Source of the DNA: Escherichia coli
Lineage (GTDB): Bacteria > Pseudomonadota > Gammaproteobacteria > Enterobacterales > Enterobacteriaceae
Length of the DNA stretch: 64,000 bases
Reading direction: 5' to 3' (one strand)
Assembly: GCF_003334785.1 (NCBI RefSeq)
Contig: NZ_QOWV01000015.1
The position numbers were made by a program, and so were the translations under genes. Positions 45,655 to 60,039 of the stretch are shown piece by piece; the stretch's first letter is position 1; each line of letters begins with the position of its first letter. The notes beneath the pieces were generated by a model. It was not told where the DNA came from. It did not search any database and saw only the letters and a program-made list of their open reading frames with translations.

Positions 45655-45861
45655 GTTGTCATTCCATTGAAATAGATACGAATATACGTAATAGCATAAA
45701 AAATTTATTTTTTCAGGAGGCGCAATGTATATTTTTATTACGCATTTTTTCACTGAATATGTAATATTAAAATATTTGCTTCCAAAATAACCTGTAGAAT
45801 AAATTATACTGTGCCATTTTTCAGATCATCGAGACACCTCGCAAGTTTTCTTCATCCTTCG

Positions 45862-45877
45862 CTGGATATCTATCCAG
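45862..45877. promoter_or_regulatory. LexA (SOS) box of the ruvAB promoter
   Basis: ctggatatctatccag fits CTG-N10-CAG, ~50 bp upstream of ruvA. Confidence 0.75.
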
Positions 45878-45928
45878 CATTTTTTTATCATACAGCATTA
45901 TCTTTGATTCATTACGCAGGAGCGTCAT

Positions 45929-46540
45929 GTGATAGGCAGACTCAGAGGCATCATCATTGAAAAACAACCCCCGCTGGTGTTAATTGAAGTGGGCGGCGTA
46001 GGCTATGAAGTGCATATGCCGATGACCTGTTTTTATGAACTCCCTGAAGCGGGACAGGAAGCGATCGTTTTCACCCACTTTGTGGTGCGTGAAGACGCGC
46101 AGCTGCTGTACGGTTTTAACAATAAACAAGAGCGCACGTTGTTCAAAGAGTTGATCAAAACCAACGGCGTCGGCCCGAAGTTGGCGCTGGCGATCCTCTC
46201 CGGAATGTCAGCGCAGCAGTTCGTTAATGCCGTTGAGCGTGAAGAAGTGGGGGCGCTGGTGAAACTGCCGGGTATTGGCAAAAAAACCGCCGAACGCTTG
46301 ATTGTTGAAATGAAAGACCGATTTAAAGGTCTGCATGGCGATCTCTTTACGCCAGCCGCCGACCTGGTACTCACATCACCTGCCAGCCCGGCAACCGACG
46401 ATGCTGAACAGGAAGCGGTTGCCGCGCTGGTGGCGCTGGGCTATAAACCACAAGAAGCAAGCCGCATGGTGAGCAAAATCGCTCGCCCTGACGCCAGCAG
46501 TGAAACATTAATTCGCGAAGCCCTACGCGCCGCGTTATGA
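45929..46540 (+). CDS. ruvA: Holliday junction branch-migration protein RuvA
   Basis: GTG start; [28 protein letters not shown]... 203 aa. Confidence 0.96.
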   Translation: MIGRLRGIIIEKQPPLVLIEVGGVGYEVHMPMTCFYELPEAGQEAIVFTHFVVREDAQLLYGFNNKQERTLFKELIKTNGVGPKLALAILSGMSAQQFVNAVEREEVGALVKLPGIGKKTAERLIVEMKDRFKGLHGDLFTPAADLVLTSPASPATDDAEQEAVAALVALGYKPQEASRMVSKIARPDASSETLIREALRAAL

Positions 46541-46545
46541 GGTAA

Positions 46546-47559
<1,014 letters not shown>

Positions 47560-47561
47560 GT

Positions 47562-47885
47562 CGGATTGGTCGCTCGCACCGCATCCGAAATTGGCAGTGT
47601 GCCTGATGCGACGCTATTCGCGTCTTATCCGGCCTACCAGAGATAGCGAACCGTAGCTCGGATAAGGCGCTCGCGACGCATCCGACATTGGCAGTGTGCC
47701 TGATGCGACGCTATTCGCGTCTTATCCGGCCTACGAGAGATAGCGAACCGTAGGTCAGATAAGGCGCTCGCACCGCATCCGACATTGGCAGTGTGCCTGA
47801 TGCGACGCTGTTCGCGTCTTATCAGGCCAGCCAGAGATAGCGAACCGTAGGTCGGATAAGGCGCTCGCGCCGCATCCGACAAATG
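47562..47885. repeat. BIME/REP cluster (about three tandem ~100-bp units)
   Basis: Repeated units of cgcatccgacattggcagtgtgcctgatgcgacgct(a/g)ttcgcgtcttatc(c/a)ggcc...agagatagcgaaccgtagg with small variations. Confidence 0.85.
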
Positions 47886-47899
47886 TGTTCAGCGATAGA

Positions 47900-48685
47900 T
47901 TAGCTGGCCTGCTTTTTCATCATACTGAGAATAAATAACAGTGCCGCACATAGCACCACCGACGGACCCGCCGGCGTATCGTAAACCGCGGAAAAGGTTA
48001 AACCGCCAGTCACTGCCACCATCCCCACCAAAACAGCGACACCAGCCATCTGTTCCGGCGTGCGGGCAAAGCGACGCGCAGTAGCAGCAGGAATAATCAG
48101 CAACGAAGTAATAATCAACGCACCGACAAATTTCATCGCTACACCAATCGTCAATGCCGTCACCAGCATCAACAACAATTTCACTCGCTGTAATTTCACA
48201 CCATCAACAAACGCCAGATCCGGGCTTATCGTCATTGACAGCAAATTGCGCCATTGCCAGAACAAAATAGCCACCACGATGACCACGCCAATCGCAATAG
48301 AGATGAGATCTTCTGGCGTCACTGCCAGCAAATCACCGAACAGGTAAGCCATCAAATCAACACGAATATTAGACATCAGACTCACGACCACCAGGCCCAG
48401 CGACAGGGCACTGTGCGCCATAATCCCTAATAACGTGTCGATCGCCAGCTGTGGACGCTTCTCCAGCCATACCAGACCGCCCGCCAGCAGCAGCGTAACG
48501 GCAATCACCGCATAGAATGGATTCACGTCCAGCAACAAACCAAACGCGACGCCAAGTAATGAGGCATGAGCCAGCGTATCACCGAAATAAGACATACGAC
48601 GCCAGACTACAAACGAACCCAGCGGACCCGCGGCACAGGCGAGCATGATCCCGGCTAACCAACCGGGAAATAATAATTCAATCAT
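47900..48685 (-). CDS. znuB: Zinc ABC transporter permease ZnuB
   Basis: 261-aa polytopic membrane ORF recognised as ZnuB. Confidence 0.95.
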
Positions 48686-49437
48686 GAGCGATCATTTCCC
48701 CGACGCAAAACAATTCGTCCCTGTAAATCGTGACGATGGTTATGATGATGGCGATAGATACCCAGTTGTTCAGCACCACGAGGACCAAACATTGAAATAA
48801 ACTCCGGATGCAGGGAAACAACTTCCGGTGTGCCGGAACAACAAATGTGGTGATTCAGGCACAGCACTTCATCGGTTTTTGCCATCACCAGATGCAGATC
48901 GTGAGAAACCATTAAAACGCCACAATCCAGTTCACGACGCAGTTGGTCAATAAGGTCATATAACGCCACCTGGCCATTTACATCCACGCCTTGAGTGGGT
49001 TCATCCAGCACTAATAATTGCGGGCGATTTAACAATGCTCGCGCTAATAGTACACGCTGCGTTTCGCCACCAGAGAGCTTTTGCATCGGTGCGTTAATCA
49101 GGTGCCCGGCCTGGACACGTTTCAGTGCAGGCAAAATATCTTCTTTATGTGTACCAGGGCGTAAGCGTAAAAAACGGTTTACGGTCAGTGGCAACGTGGT
49201 GTCGAGATACAGCTTCTGCGGTACATAGCCGATGCGCAGTTTTCCGTTGCGCTTGATAACCCCTTCATCGGGTGTTACCAGCCCGAGCACTATCCGTACC
49301 AGTGTCGACTTACCTGCGCCATTTGGCCCAAGTAAAGTCAAAATTTTTCCAGGTTTAAGTTCCAGCGACACATCAGAGAGGACGCGGCGTTGGCCAAAAG
49401 AAACCGAGACATTTTCCAGGGAAACCAGACTTGTCAT
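48682..49437 (-). CDS. znuC: Zinc ABC transporter ATP-binding protein ZnuC
   Basis: 251-aa ORF with Walker [10 protein letters not shown]. Confidence 0.95.
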
Positions 49438-49463
49438 GTTAATTTTAGTCTTGCAGTAGTCAT

Positions 49464-49486
49464 GAAATGTTATAATATCACACTTC
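49464..49486. promoter_or_regulatory. Zur box in the divergent znuA / znuCB promoter
   Basis: gaaatgttataatatcacactt matches the Zur operator palindrome. Confidence 0.75.
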
Positions 49487-49515
49487 TCATATTCATTACG
49501 ATGATTGGTCGCATT

Positions 49516-50448
49516 ATGTTACATAAAAAAACGCTTCTTTTCGCAGCATTATCCGCCGCTCTCTGGGGAGGTGCAACACAGGCCGCAGATGCCGCCGTTG
49601 TCGCTTCGCTTAAACCCGTTGGGTTCATCGCTTCTGCCATTGCTGATGGTGTAACAGAAACGGAGGTTTTACTGCCTGACGGCGCTTCTGAACATGATTA
49701 TTCACTGCGTCCATCGGATGTAAAACGCTTACAGAACGCGGACTTAGTCGTTTGGGTTGGCCCGGAGATGGAAGCGTTTATGCAAAAACCGGTAAGCAAA
49801 TTACCAGAAGCGAAGCAGGTAACGATTGCGCAGCTTGAAGATGTGAAACCGCTACTGATGAAAAGTATTCACGGCGATGATGATGATCACGACCACGCGG
49901 AAAAAAGTGACGAAGATCACCATCACGGCGATTTCAACATGCATCTTTGGCTTTCCCCAGAGATAGCGCGGGCTACAGCGGTTGCAATCCATGGAAAATT
50001 AGTGGAACTTATGCCGCAAAGTCGAGCCAAACTTGACGCCAACCTGAAGGATTTTGAGGCACAATTAGCCTCAACCGAAACGCAGGTTGGTAACGAGCTC
50101 GCGCCGCTCAAGGGGAAAGGTTATTTCGTTTTTCACGATGCTTACGGCTATTTCGAAAAACAGTTTGGACTGACACCGCTTGGTCATTTTACCGTTAACC
50201 CTGAGATTCAACCTGGCGCGCAGCGTTTACATGAAATAAGAACACAGTTGGTTGAGCAAAAAGCAACCTGCGTTTTTGCTGAGCCACAGTTCAGGCCAGC
50301 GGTCGTTGAGAGCGTCGCACGAGGGACATCCGTTCGTATGGGAACGTTGGATCCCCTGGGGACGAATATCAAACTGGGTAAAACAAGCTATTCAGAATTC
50401 CTGAGTCAATTAGCCAACCAGTATGCGAGCTGCCTGAAAGGAGATTAA
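49516..50448 (+). CDS. znuA: Zinc ABC transporter periplasmic binding protein ZnuA
   Basis: [23 protein letters not shown] signal peptide; His/Asp-rich loop ([21 protein letters not shown]); 310 aa. Confidence 0.95.
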   Translation: MLHKKTLLFAALSAALWGGATQAADAAVVASLKPVGFIASAIADGVTETEVLLPDGASEHDYSLRPSDVKRLQNADLVVWVGPEMEAFMQKPVSKLPEAKQVTIAQLEDVKPLLMKSIHGDDDDHDHAEKSDEDHHHGDFNMHLWLSPEIARATAVAIHGKLVELMPQSRAKLDANLKDFEAQLASTETQVGNELAPLKGKGYFVFHDAYGYFEKQFGLTPLGHFTVNPEIQPGAQRLHEIRTQLVEQKATCVFAEPQFRPAVVESVARGTSVRMGTLDPLGTNIKLGKTSYSEFLSQLANQYASCLKGD

Positions 50449-50463
50449 TGAGGAAGTGATTAC

Positions 50464-51786
50464 GTGCAACAGATAGCCCGCTCTGTCGCCCTGGCGTTTA
50501 ATAATTTACCGCGACCACACCGCGTTATGTTGGGGTCGCTCACCGTTCTTACTCTGGCCGTCGCTGTCTGGCGGCCTTATGTTTATCACCGTGATGCCAC
50601 GCCAATTGTCAAAACCATTGAGCTGGAACAGAACGAAATTCGTTCGCTCTTACCTGAAGCCAGTGAGCCGATTGATCAAGCTGCACAAGAAGATGAAGCC
50701 ATTCCCCAGGACGAACTGGATGACAAAATCGCCGGTGAAGCGGGCGTGCATGAATATGTTGTTTCCACTGGCGATACGCTAAGCAGCATTCTCAATCAGT
50801 ATGGTATTGATATGGGTGATATCACCCAACTGGCTGCGGCCGACAAAGAATTGCGTAACCTGAAAATCGGTCAACAACTCTCCTGGACATTAACCGCGGA
50901 CGGCGAACTGCAGCGCCTCACCTGGGAAGTGTCTCGTCGTGAAACCCGAACCTATGACCGTACTGCCGCTAACGGTTTTAAAATGACCAGCGAAATGCAG
51001 CAAGGAGAGTGGGTTAACAATCTGCTGAAAGGTACCGTCGGGGGAAGCTTTGTTGCCAGCGCCAGAAACGCCGGTTTAACCAGCGCCGAAGTGAGCGCAG
51101 TGATTAAAGCCATGCAGTGGCAAATGGATTTCCGCAAACTGAAAAAAGGCGATGAATTTGCGGTGTTAATGTCTCGAGAAATGCTTGATGGTAAACGTGA
51201 GCAAAGCCAGCTGCTGGGCGTACGTTTGCGTTCAGAAGGTAAAGATTATTACGCTATCCGCGCTGAAGATGGCAAATTCTACGATCGTAACGGTACTGGT
51301 CTGGCGAAAGGATTCTTGCGATTCCCGACGGCGAAACAGTTCCGTATCTCGTCTAACTTTAACCCGCGTCGTACTAATCCGGTGACCGGTCGCGTTGCAC
51401 CACACAGAGGTGTTGATTTCGCCATGCCGCAGGGTACGCCAGTGCTTTCAGTGGGTGACGGTGAAGTGGTGGTTGCCAAACGCAGTGGCGCAGCAGGTTA
51501 TTATGTGGCTATTCGTCATGGTCGCAGCTACACCACGCGTTATATGCACTTGCGCAAGATTCTGGTGAAACCGGGACAGAAGGTGAAACGTGGCGACCGT
51601 ATCGCGCTTTCCGGTAATACCGGACGTTCAACCGGGCCGCATCTGCACTATGAAGTATGGATAAACCAGCAGGCCGTAAACCCGCTGACGGCAAAACTGC
51701 CGCGTACCGAAGGGCTGACCGGCTCCGATCGTCGCGAATTCCTGGCGCAGGCCAAAGAGATTGTGCCGCAGCTACGGTTTGATTAA
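50464..51786 (+). CDS. mepM: Murein DD-endopeptidase MepM (YebA), LysM + M23 peptidase
   Basis: GTG start; 440-aa ORF recognised as MepM. Confidence 0.94.
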
Positions 51787-51905
51787 TTAACATCCATTCG
51801 CAGCCGGTACGCAGTCAGTACCGGCTTTTTTTATTTGGTGCGGGGCAAGTTGCGCCGCTACACTATCACCAGATTGATTTTTGCCTTATCCGAAACTGGA
51901 AAAGC

Positions 51906-52877
51906 ATGGAAACGAAAAAAAATAATAGCGAATACATTCCTGAGTTTGATAAATCCTTTCGCCACCCGCGCTACTGGGGAGCATGGCTGGGCGTAGCAGC
52001 GATGGCGGGTATCGCTTTAACGCCGCCAAAGTTCCGTGATCCCATTCTGGCACGGCTGGGACGTTTTGCCGGACGACTGGGAAAAAGCTCACGCCGTCGT
52101 GCGTTAATCAATCTGTCGCTCTGCTTTCCAGAACGTAGTGAAGCTGAACGCGAAGCGATTGTTGATGAGATGTTTGCCACCGCGCCGCAAGCGATGGCAA
52201 TGATGGCTGAGTTGGCAATACGCGGGCCGGAGAAAATTCAGCCGCGCGTTGACTGGCAAGGGCTGGAGATCATCGAAGAGATGCGGCGTAATAACGAGAA
52301 AGTTATCTTTCTGGTGCCGCACGGTTGGGCCGTCGATATTCCTGCCATGCTGATGGCCTCGCAAGGGCAGAAAATGGCAGCGATGTTCCATAATCAGGGC
52401 AACCCGGTTTTTGATTATGTCTGGAACACGGTGCGTCGTCGCTTTGGCGGTCGTCTGCATGCGAGAAATGACGGTATTAAACCATTCATCCAGTCGGTAC
52501 GTCAGGGGTACTGGGGATATTATTTACCCGATCAGGATCATGGCCCAGAGCACAGCGAATTTGTGGATTTCTTTGCCACCTATAAAGCGACGTTGCCCGC
52601 GATTGGTCGTTTGATGAAAGTGTGCCGTGCGCGCGTTGTACCGCTGTTTCCGATTTATGATGGCAAGACGCATCGTCTGACGATTCAGGTGCGCCCACCG
52701 ATGGATGATCTGTTAGAGGCGGATGATCATACGATTGCGCGGCGGATGAATGAAGAAGTCGAGATTTTTGTTGGTCCGCGACCAGAACAATACACCTGGA
52801 TACTAAAATTGCTGAAAACTCGCAAACCGGGCGAAATCCAGCCGTATAAGCGCAAAGATCTTTATCCCATCAAATAA
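51906..52877 (+). CDS. lpxM: Lipid A myristoyltransferase LpxM (MsbB)
   Basis: 323-aa ORF recognised as LpxM; followed by a hairpin terminator and REP at ~52880-53005. Confidence 0.95.
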
Positions 52878-53007
52878 AAAAGCCTCTCGCGAGGAGAGGC
52901 CTTCGCCTGATGATAAGTTCAAGTTTGCTTCAGAATATTCGAAATCTGTTGAACTATCATTGAACTGTAGGCCGGATGTGGCGTTTTCGCCGCATCCGGC
53001 AACGTAC

Positions 53008-54450
53008 TTACTCTACCGTTAAAATACGCGTGGTATTAGTAGAACCCACGGTACTCATCACGTCGCCCTGGGTGACAATCACCAGGTCACCAGACATCAA
53101 GTAACCTTTATCGCGCAGCAGATTAACCGCTTCGCTGGCAGCTGCTACGCCGTCATTAGCGCTATCAAAGTGCACCGGCGTAACGCCACGATAGAGAGCA
53201 GTCAGGTTCAGCGTACGTTCATGGCGCGACATGGCGAAAATTGGCAGACCAGAGCTGATACGGGAGGTCATCAGCGCGGTACGACCCGATTCGGTCATGG
53301 TGATGATCGCCGTAACGCCTTTCAGGTGGTTAGCTGCGTACATTGCTGACATGGCAATAGCTTCTTCCACATTGTCGAACTGAACGTCCAGACGGTGTTT
53401 AGAAACGTTGATGCTCGGGATTTTTTCCGCACCCAGGCAAACGCGCGCCATGGCTGCAACGGTTTCTGACGGATACTGCCCAGCGGCAGTTTCTGCAGAC
53501 AGCATCACAGCGTCAGTACCATCCAGAACGGCGTTTGCTACGTCCATGACTTCTGCACGCGTCGGCATCGGGTTAGTAATCATTGACTCCATCATCTGGG
53601 TCGCCGTGATTACCGCTCGGTTTAGCTGACGCGCACGACGGATCAACGCTTTCTGAATGCCGACCAGTTCCGGGTCGCCAATTTCCACACCGAGGTCGCC
53701 ACGTGCAACCATTACCACGTCAGAGGCGAGGATGATGTCATCCATTGCATCCTGGCTGCAAACGGCTTCCGCACGTTCAACCTTGGCAACAATTTTCGCA
53801 TCACATCCTGCATCGCGTGCCAGGCGACGGGCATAGTTCAGATCTTCGCCACAGCGTGGGAAGGAGACAGCCAGGTAATCTACGCCAATCAACGCCGCAG
53901 TCTTAATGTCTGCTTTGTCTTTTTCGGTCAGCGCTTCAGCCGACAAACCGCCGCCAAGTTTGTTGATACCTTTATTGTTGGAGAGGGGACCACCGACGGT
54001 GACTTCGGTGAACACTTTCATGCCCTGAACTTCCAGTACTTTTAACTGGACGCGACCATCGTCCAGCAGCAGGATGTCACCAGGCACGACGTCAGCAGGC
54101 AGGCCTTTGTAGTCGATACCGACTTTTTCTTTGTCGCCTTCACCTTTACCCAGGTTGGCGTCGAGCAGGAATTTATCCCCAATATTGAGGAAAACTTTGC
54201 CTTCTTTAAAGGTGGATACACGGATTTTGGGCCCCTGGAGGTCACCCAGAATAGCCACATGACGCCCCAGTTTTGCGGCAATCTCACGAACTTTATCCGC
54301 GCGCATTTTGTGATCTTCAGGCGAGCCGTGAGAAAAGTTCATACGTACAACGTTGGCACCCGCCGCGATAACTTTTTCAAGATTATTATCGCGATCTGTT
54401 GCTGGGCCTAACGTGGTAACGATTTTTGTTCTGCGAAGCCTTCTGGACAT
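53008..54450 (-). CDS. pykA: Pyruvate kinase II PykA
   Basis: [19 protein letters not shown]... 480 aa from the internal ATG of a 527-aa ORF. Confidence 0.96.
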
Positions 54451-54577
54451 GTAATACTCCGTTGACTGAAACAACCAGGTGTTGCTTGAACATGAAATCC
54501 GAATGAAATAACGCCGCGATGGCGATAAATTAATCTCATTCGGATGTCGTATAAGATTAGGACAGTGACAGTCGTTT

Positions 54578-55447
54578 TTAGCGATCGTCACTTAAATTAA
54601 GTAACTGCTTATCAAAACGCGATTCCTTCAGCGCTTCCTTGACCCGCTTCAAGTTATCTCTGAATTTTGCACCGCGTCGCAAAGTAAATCCTGTCGCCAG
54701 CACATCTATCACGGTCAGCTGTGCAAGTCGAGAAACCATGGGCATATAAATGTCAGTATCTTCCGGTACGTCGAGGGTAATTGCCAGCGTTGCTTCCCGG
54801 GCGAGCGGGGTACCCGCAGAGGTGAGGGCAATCACCATTGCGTCGTTTTCGCGAGCCAGCTGCGCCAGCTCGACCAGATTTTTTGTTCTTCCAGTGTGAG
54901 AAATCAGCACCACCACGTCTCCGTCGCTACAATTCATACAACTCATGCGTTGCAGCACAATATCATCGGAGTACACCACCGGAACATTAAAACGAAAGAA
55001 CTTATTCATCGCATCGTGGGCAACGGCGGCTGAAGAGCCTAATCCGAAAAAGGCGATTTTTTTTGCCTGAGTGAGCAAGTCGACGGCGCGGTTGATGGCA
55101 GATTTATCCAGTGAATGACGGACATGATCGAGCGTTGCCATTGCGGACTCAAATATTTTCCCTGTGTATGATTCAACGCTGTCATCTTCATTGACGTTGC
55201 GATTAACATAGGGAGTGCCATTCGCCAGACTCTGTGCCAGATGAAGTTTAAAATCAGGAAAACCGCGCGTGTCCATGCTGCGACAGAAACGATTCACCGT
55301 CGGTTCGCTAACATTGGCTTCCAGTGCCATAGCAGCAATACTCGAATGGATCGCGTTATCGGGCGAAGCCAGAATGACCTCGGCAACTTTGCGCTCTGAT
55401 TTGCTCAAATGTTCCAGCTGAGACTGGATTTTTTCCAGCATATTCAT
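54578..55447 (-). CDS. hexR: RpiR-family transcriptional regulator HexR (YebK)
   Basis: 289-aa ORF with HTH and SIS domain; divergent from zwf. Confidence 0.93.
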
Positions 55448-55784
55448 GATGTAAAGAGACTCACGGGTAATGACGATTTCCGCACTGAAAGAAATCGAAA
55501 TGCAGTTTTGTCAGATATTACGCCTGTGTGCCGTGTTAATGACAAAAGCAGATAAAAAAGTTGTTATTTTTTTTCATAACATGATCAGTGTCAGATTTTT
55601 ACCGAATGGAAAACGATGATTTTTTTATCAGTTTTGCCGCACTTTGCGCGCTTTTCCCGTAATCGCACGGGTGGATAAGCGTTTACAGTTTTCGCAAGCT
55701 CGTAAAAGCAGTACAGTGCACCGTAAGAAAATTACAAGTATACCCTGGCTTAAGTACCGGGTTAGTTAACTTAAGGAGAATGAC

Positions 55785-57260
55785 ATGGCGGTAACGCAAA
55801 CAGCCCAGGCCTGTGACCTGGTCATTTTCGGCGCGAAAGGCGACCTTGCGCGTCGTAAATTGCTGCCTTCCCTGTATCAACTGGAAAAAGCCGGTCAGCT
55901 CAACCCGGACACCCGGATTATCGGCGTAGGGCGTGCTGACTGGGATAAAGCGGCGTATACCAAAGTTGTCCGCGAGGCGCTCGAAACTTTCATGAAAGAA
56001 ACCATTGATGAAGGTTTATGGGACACCCTGAGTGCACGTCTGGATTTTTGTAATCTCGATGTCAATGACACTGCTGCATTCAACCGTCTCGGCGCGATGC
56101 TGGATCAAAAAAATCGTATCACCATTAACTACTTTGCCATGCCGCCCAGTACTTTTGGCGCAATTTGCAAAGGGCTTGGCGAGGCAAAACTGAATGCTAA
56201 ACCGGCACGCGTAGTCATGGAGAAACCGCTGGGGACGTCGCTGGCGACCTCGCAGGAAATCAATGATCAGGTTGGCGAATACTTCGAGGAGTGCCAGGTT
56301 TACCGTATCGACCACTATCTTGGTAAAGAAACGGTGCTGAACCTGTTGGCGCTGCGTTTTGCTAACTCCCTGTTTGTGAATAACTGGGACAATCGCACCA
56401 TTGATCATGTTGAGATTACCGTGGCAGAAGAAGTGGGGATCGAAGGGCGCTGGGGCTATTTTGATAAAGCCGGTCAGATGCGCGATATGATCCAAAACCA
56501 CCTGCTGCAAATTCTCTGCATGATTGCGATGTCTCCGCCATCTGACCTGAGCGCAGACAGCATCCGCGATGAAAAAGTGAAAGTACTGAAGTCCCTGCGC
56601 CGCATCGACCGCTCCAACGTACGCGAAAAAACCGTACGTGGGCAATATACTGCGGGCTTCGCCCAGGGCAAAAAAGTGCCGGGATATCTGGAAGAAGAGG
56701 GCGCGAACAAGAGCAGCAATACAGAAACCTTCGTGGCGATCCGCGTCGACATTGATAACTGGCGCTGGGCCGGTGTGCCATTCTACCTGCGTACTGGTAA
56801 ACGTCTGCCGACCAAATGTTCTGAAGTCGTGGTCTATTTCAAAACACCTGAACTGAATCTGTTTAAAGAGTCGTGGCAGGATCTGCCGCAGAATAAACTG
56901 ACTATCCGTCTGCAACCTGATGAAGGCGTGGATATCCAGGTACTGAATAAAGTTCCTGGCCTTGACCACAAACATAACCTGCAAATCACCAAGCTGGATC
57001 TGAGCTATTCAGAAACCTTTAATCAGACGCATCTGGCGGATGCCTATGAACGTCTGCTGCTGGAAACCATGCGTGGTATTCAGGCACTGTTTGTACGTCG
57101 TGATGAAGTGGAAGAAGCCTGGAAATGGGTAGACTCCATTACTGAGGCGTGGGCGATGGACAATGATGCGCCGAAACCGTATCAGGCCGGAACCTGGGGA
57201 CCCGTTGCCTCGGTGGCGATGATTACCCGTGATGGTCGTTCCTGGAATGAGTTTGAGTAA
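55785..57260 (+). CDS. zwf: Glucose-6-phosphate 1-dehydrogenase Zwf
   Basis: 491-aa ORF; active-site motif RIDHYLGKE. Confidence 0.97.
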   Translation: MAVTQTAQACDLVIFGAKGDLARRKLLPSLYQLEKAGQLNPDTRIIGVGRADWDKAAYTKVVREALETFMKETIDEGLWDTLSARLDFCNLDVNDTAAFNRLGAMLDQKNRITINYFAMPPSTFGAICKGLGEAKLNAKPARVVMEKPLGTSLATSQEINDQVGEYFEECQVYRIDHYLGKETVLNLLALRFANSLFVNNWDNRTIDHVEITVAEEVGIEGRWGYFDKAGQMRDMIQNHLLQILCMIAMSPPSDLSADSIRDEKVKVLKSLRRIDRSNVREKTVRGQYTAGFAQGKKVPGYLEEEGANKSSNTETFVAIRVDIDNWRWAGVPFYLRTGKRLPTKCSEVVVYFKTPELNLFKESWQDLPQNKLTIRLQPDEGVDIQVLNKVPGLDHKHNLQITKLDLSYSETFNQTHLADAYERLLLETMRGIQALFVRRDEVEEAWKWVDSITEAWAMDNDAPKPYQAGTWGPVASVAMITRDGRSWNEFE

Positions 57261-57285
57261 TATCTGCGCTTATCCTTTATGGTTA

Positions 57286-57302
57286 TTTTACCGGTAACAT
57301 GA
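57286..57302. promoter_or_regulatory. GntR operator-like palindrome in the edd promoter
   Basis: ttttaccggtaacatga resembles the GntR operator ATGTTACCGGTAACAT. Confidence 0.55.
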
Positions 57303-57494
57303 TCTTGCGCAGATTGTAGAACAATTTTTACACTTTCAGGCCTCGTGCGGATTCACCCACGAGGCTTTTTTTATTACACTGACTGAAACGTTTTTGCCCT
57401 ATGAGCTCCGGTTACAGGCGTTTCACTCATAAATCCTCTGAATGAAACGCGTTGTGAATCATCCTGCTCTGACAACTCAATTTCAGGAGCCTTT

Positions 57495-59306
57495 ATGAAT
57501 CCACAATTGTTACGCGTAACAAATCGAATCATTGAACGTTCTCGCGAGACTCGCTCTGCTTATCTCGGCCGGATAGAACAAGCGAAAACGTCGACCGTTC
57601 ATCGTTCGCAGTTGGCATGCGGTAACCTGGCACACGGTTTCGCTGCCTGCCAGCCAGAAGACAAAGCCTCTTTGAAAAGCATGTTGCGTAACAATATCGC
57701 CATCATCACCTCCTATAACGACATGCTCTCCGCGCACCAGCCTTATGAACACTATCCAGAAATCATTCGTAAAGCCCTGCATGAAGCGAATGCGGTTGGT
57801 CAGGTTGCGGGTGGTGTTCCGGCGATGTGTGATGGTGTCACCCAGGGGCAGGATGGAATGGAATTGTCGCTGTTAAGCCGAGAAGTGATTGCGATGTCTG
57901 CGGCGGTGGGGCTGTCCCATAACATGTTTGATGGTGCTCTGTTCCTCGGTGTATGCGACAAGATTGTCCCAGGTCTGACGATGGCAGCCCTGTCGTTTGG
58001 TCATTTGCCTGCGGTGTTTGTGCCGTCTGGACCGATGGCAAGCGGTTTGCCAAATAAAGAAAAAGTGCGTATTCGCCAGCTTTATGCCGAAGGTAAAGTG
58101 GACCGCATGGCCTTACTGGAGTCAGAGGCCGCGTCTTACCATGCGCCGGGAACATGTACTTTCTACGGTACTGCCAACACCAACCAGATGGTGGTGGAGT
58201 TTATGGGGATGCAGTTGCCAGGCTCTTCTTTTGTTCATCCGGATTCTCCGCTGCGCGATGCTTTGACCGCTGCCGCTGCGCGTCAGGTTACACGCATGAC
58301 CGGTAATGGTAATGAATGGATGCCGATCGGTAAGATGATCGATGAGAAAGTGGTGGTGAACGGTATCGTTGCACTGCTGGCGACCGGTGGTTCCACTAAC
58401 CACACCATGCACCTGGTGGCGATGGCGCGCGCGGCCGGTATTCAGATTAACTGGGATGACTTCTCTGACCTTTCTGATGTTGTACCGCTGATGGCACGTC
58501 TCTACCCGAACGGTCCGGCCGATATTAACCACTTCCAGGCGGCAGGTGGCGTACCGGTTCTGGTGCGTGAACTGCTCAAAGCAGGCCTGCTGCATGAAGA
58601 TGTCAATACGGTGGCAGGCTTTGGTCTGTCTCGTTATACCCTTGAACCATGGCTGAATAATGGTGAACTGGACTGGCGGGAAGGGGCGGAAAAATCACTC
58701 GACAGCAATGTGATCGCTTCCTTCGAACAACCTTTCTCTCATCATGGTGGGACAAAAGTGTTAAGCGGTAACCTGGGCCGTGCGGTTATGAAAACCTCTG
58801 CCGTGCCGGTTGAGAACCAGGTGATTGAAGCGCCAGCGGTTGTTTTTGAAAGCCAGCATGACGTTATGCCGGCCTTTGAAGCGGGTTTGCTGGACCGCGA
58901 TTGTGTCGTTGTTGTCCGTCATCAGGGGCCAAAAGCGAACGGAATGCCAGAATTACATAAACTCATGCCGCCACTTGGTGTATTATTGGACCGGTGTTTC
59001 AAAATTGCGTTAGTTACCGATGGACGACTCTCCGGCGCTTCAGGTAAAGTGCCGTCAGCTATCCACGTAACACCAGAAGCCTACGATGGCGGGCTGCTGG
59101 CAAAAGTGCGCGACGGGGACATCATTCGTGTGAATGGACAGACAGGCGAACTGACGCTGCTGGTAGACGAAGCGGAACTGGCTGCTCGCGAACCGCACAT
59201 TCCTGACCTGAGCGCGTCACGCGTGGGGACAGGACGTGAATTATTCAGCGCCTTGCGTGAAAAACTGTCCGGTGCCGAACAGGGCGCAACCTGTATCACT
59301 TTTTAA
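57495..59306 (+). CDS. edd: Phosphogluconate dehydratase Edd
   Basis: 603-aa ORF recognised as Edd (ILVD/EDD family). Confidence 0.96.
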   Translation: MNPQLLRVTNRIIERSRETRSAYLGRIEQAKTSTVHRSQLACGNLAHGFAACQPEDKASLKSMLRNNIAIITSYNDMLSAHQPYEHYPEIIRKALHEANAVGQVAGGVPAMCDGVTQGQDGMELSLLSREVIAMSAAVGLSHNMFDGALFLGVCDKIVPGLTMAALSFGHLPAVFVPSGPMASGLPNKEKVRIRQLYAEGKVDRMALLESEAASYHAPGTCTFYGTANTNQMVVEFMGMQLPGSSFVHPDSPLRDALTAAAARQVTRMTGNGNEWMPIGKMIDEKVVVNGIVALLATGGSTNHTMHLVAMARAAGIQINWDDFSDLSDVVPLMARLYPNGPADINHFQAAGGVPVLVRELLKAGLLHEDVNTVAGFGLSRYTLEPWLNNGELDWREGAEKSLDSNVIASFEQPFSHHGGTKVLSGNLGRAVMKTSAVPVENQVIEAPAVVFESQHDVMPAFEAGLLDRDCVVVVRHQGPKANGMPELHKLMPPLGVLLDRCFKIALVTDGRLSGASGKVPSAIHVTPEAYDGGLLAKVRDGDIIRVNGQTGELTLLVDEAELAAREPHIPDLSASRVGTGRELFSALREKLSGAEQGATCITF

Positions 59307-59342
59307 GACGACAAATTTGTAATCAGGCGAGAGAAAACTCTG

Positions 59343-59984
59343 ATGAAAAACTGGAAAACAAGTGCAGAATCAATCCTGACCACCGGCCCGGTTGTACCGG
59401 TTATCGTGGTAAAAAAACTGGAACACGCAGTGCCGATGGCAAAAGCGTTGGTTGCTGGTGGGGTGCGCGTTCTGGAAGTGACTCTGCGTACCGAGTGTGC
59501 AGTTGATGCTATCCGTGCTATCGCCAAAGAAGTGCCTGAAGCGATTGTGGGTGCCGGTACGGTGCTGAATCCACAGCAGCTGGCAGAAGTCACTGAAGTG
59601 GGTGCACAGTTCGCAATTAGCCCGGGTCTGACCGAGCCGCTGCTGAAAGCTGCTACCGAAGGGACTATTCCTCTGATTCCGGGGATCAGCACTGTTTCCG
59701 AACTGATGCTGGGTATGGACTACGGTTTGAAAGAGTTCAAATTCTTCCCGGCTGAAGCTAACGGCGGCGTGAAAGCCCTGCAGGCGATCGCGGGTCCGTT
59801 CTCCCAGGTCCGTTTCTGCCCGACGGGTGGTATTTCTCCGGCTAACTACCGTGACTACCTGGCGCTGAAAAGCGTGCTGTGCATCGGTGGTTCCTGGCTG
59901 GTTCCGGCAGATGCGCTGGAAGCGGGCGATTACGACCGCATTACTAAGCTGGCGCGTGAAGCTGTAGAAGGCGCTAAGCTGTAA
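59343..59984 (+). CDS. eda: KDPG / KHG aldolase Eda
   Basis: 213-aa ORF recognised as Eda. Confidence 0.96.
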   Translation: MKNWKTSAESILTTGPVVPVIVVKKLEHAVPMAKALVAGGVRVLEVTLRTECAVDAIRAIAKEVPEAIVGAGTVLNPQQLAEVTEVGAQFAISPGLTEPLLKAATEGTIPLIPGISTVSELMLGMDYGLKEFKFFPAEANGGVKALQAIAGPFSQVRFCPTGGISPANYRDYLALKSVLCIGGSWLVPADALEAGDYDRITKLAREAVEGAKL

Positions 59985-59989
59985 AAGTC

Positions 59990-60020
59990 AAAATGCCCGA
60001 TCGAGGATCGGGCATTTTTG
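59990..60020. terminator. Hairpin terminator between eda and purT
   Basis: aatgcccgatc-gag-gatcgggcatt followed by tttt. Confidence 0.7.
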
Positions 60021-60039
60021 TAGCGTTTTTTTGCCGGGT

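Noticed and set aside
56016-56984. 322-aa ORF on the minus strand
   Set aside because: Antisense to zwf, with no independent signal.
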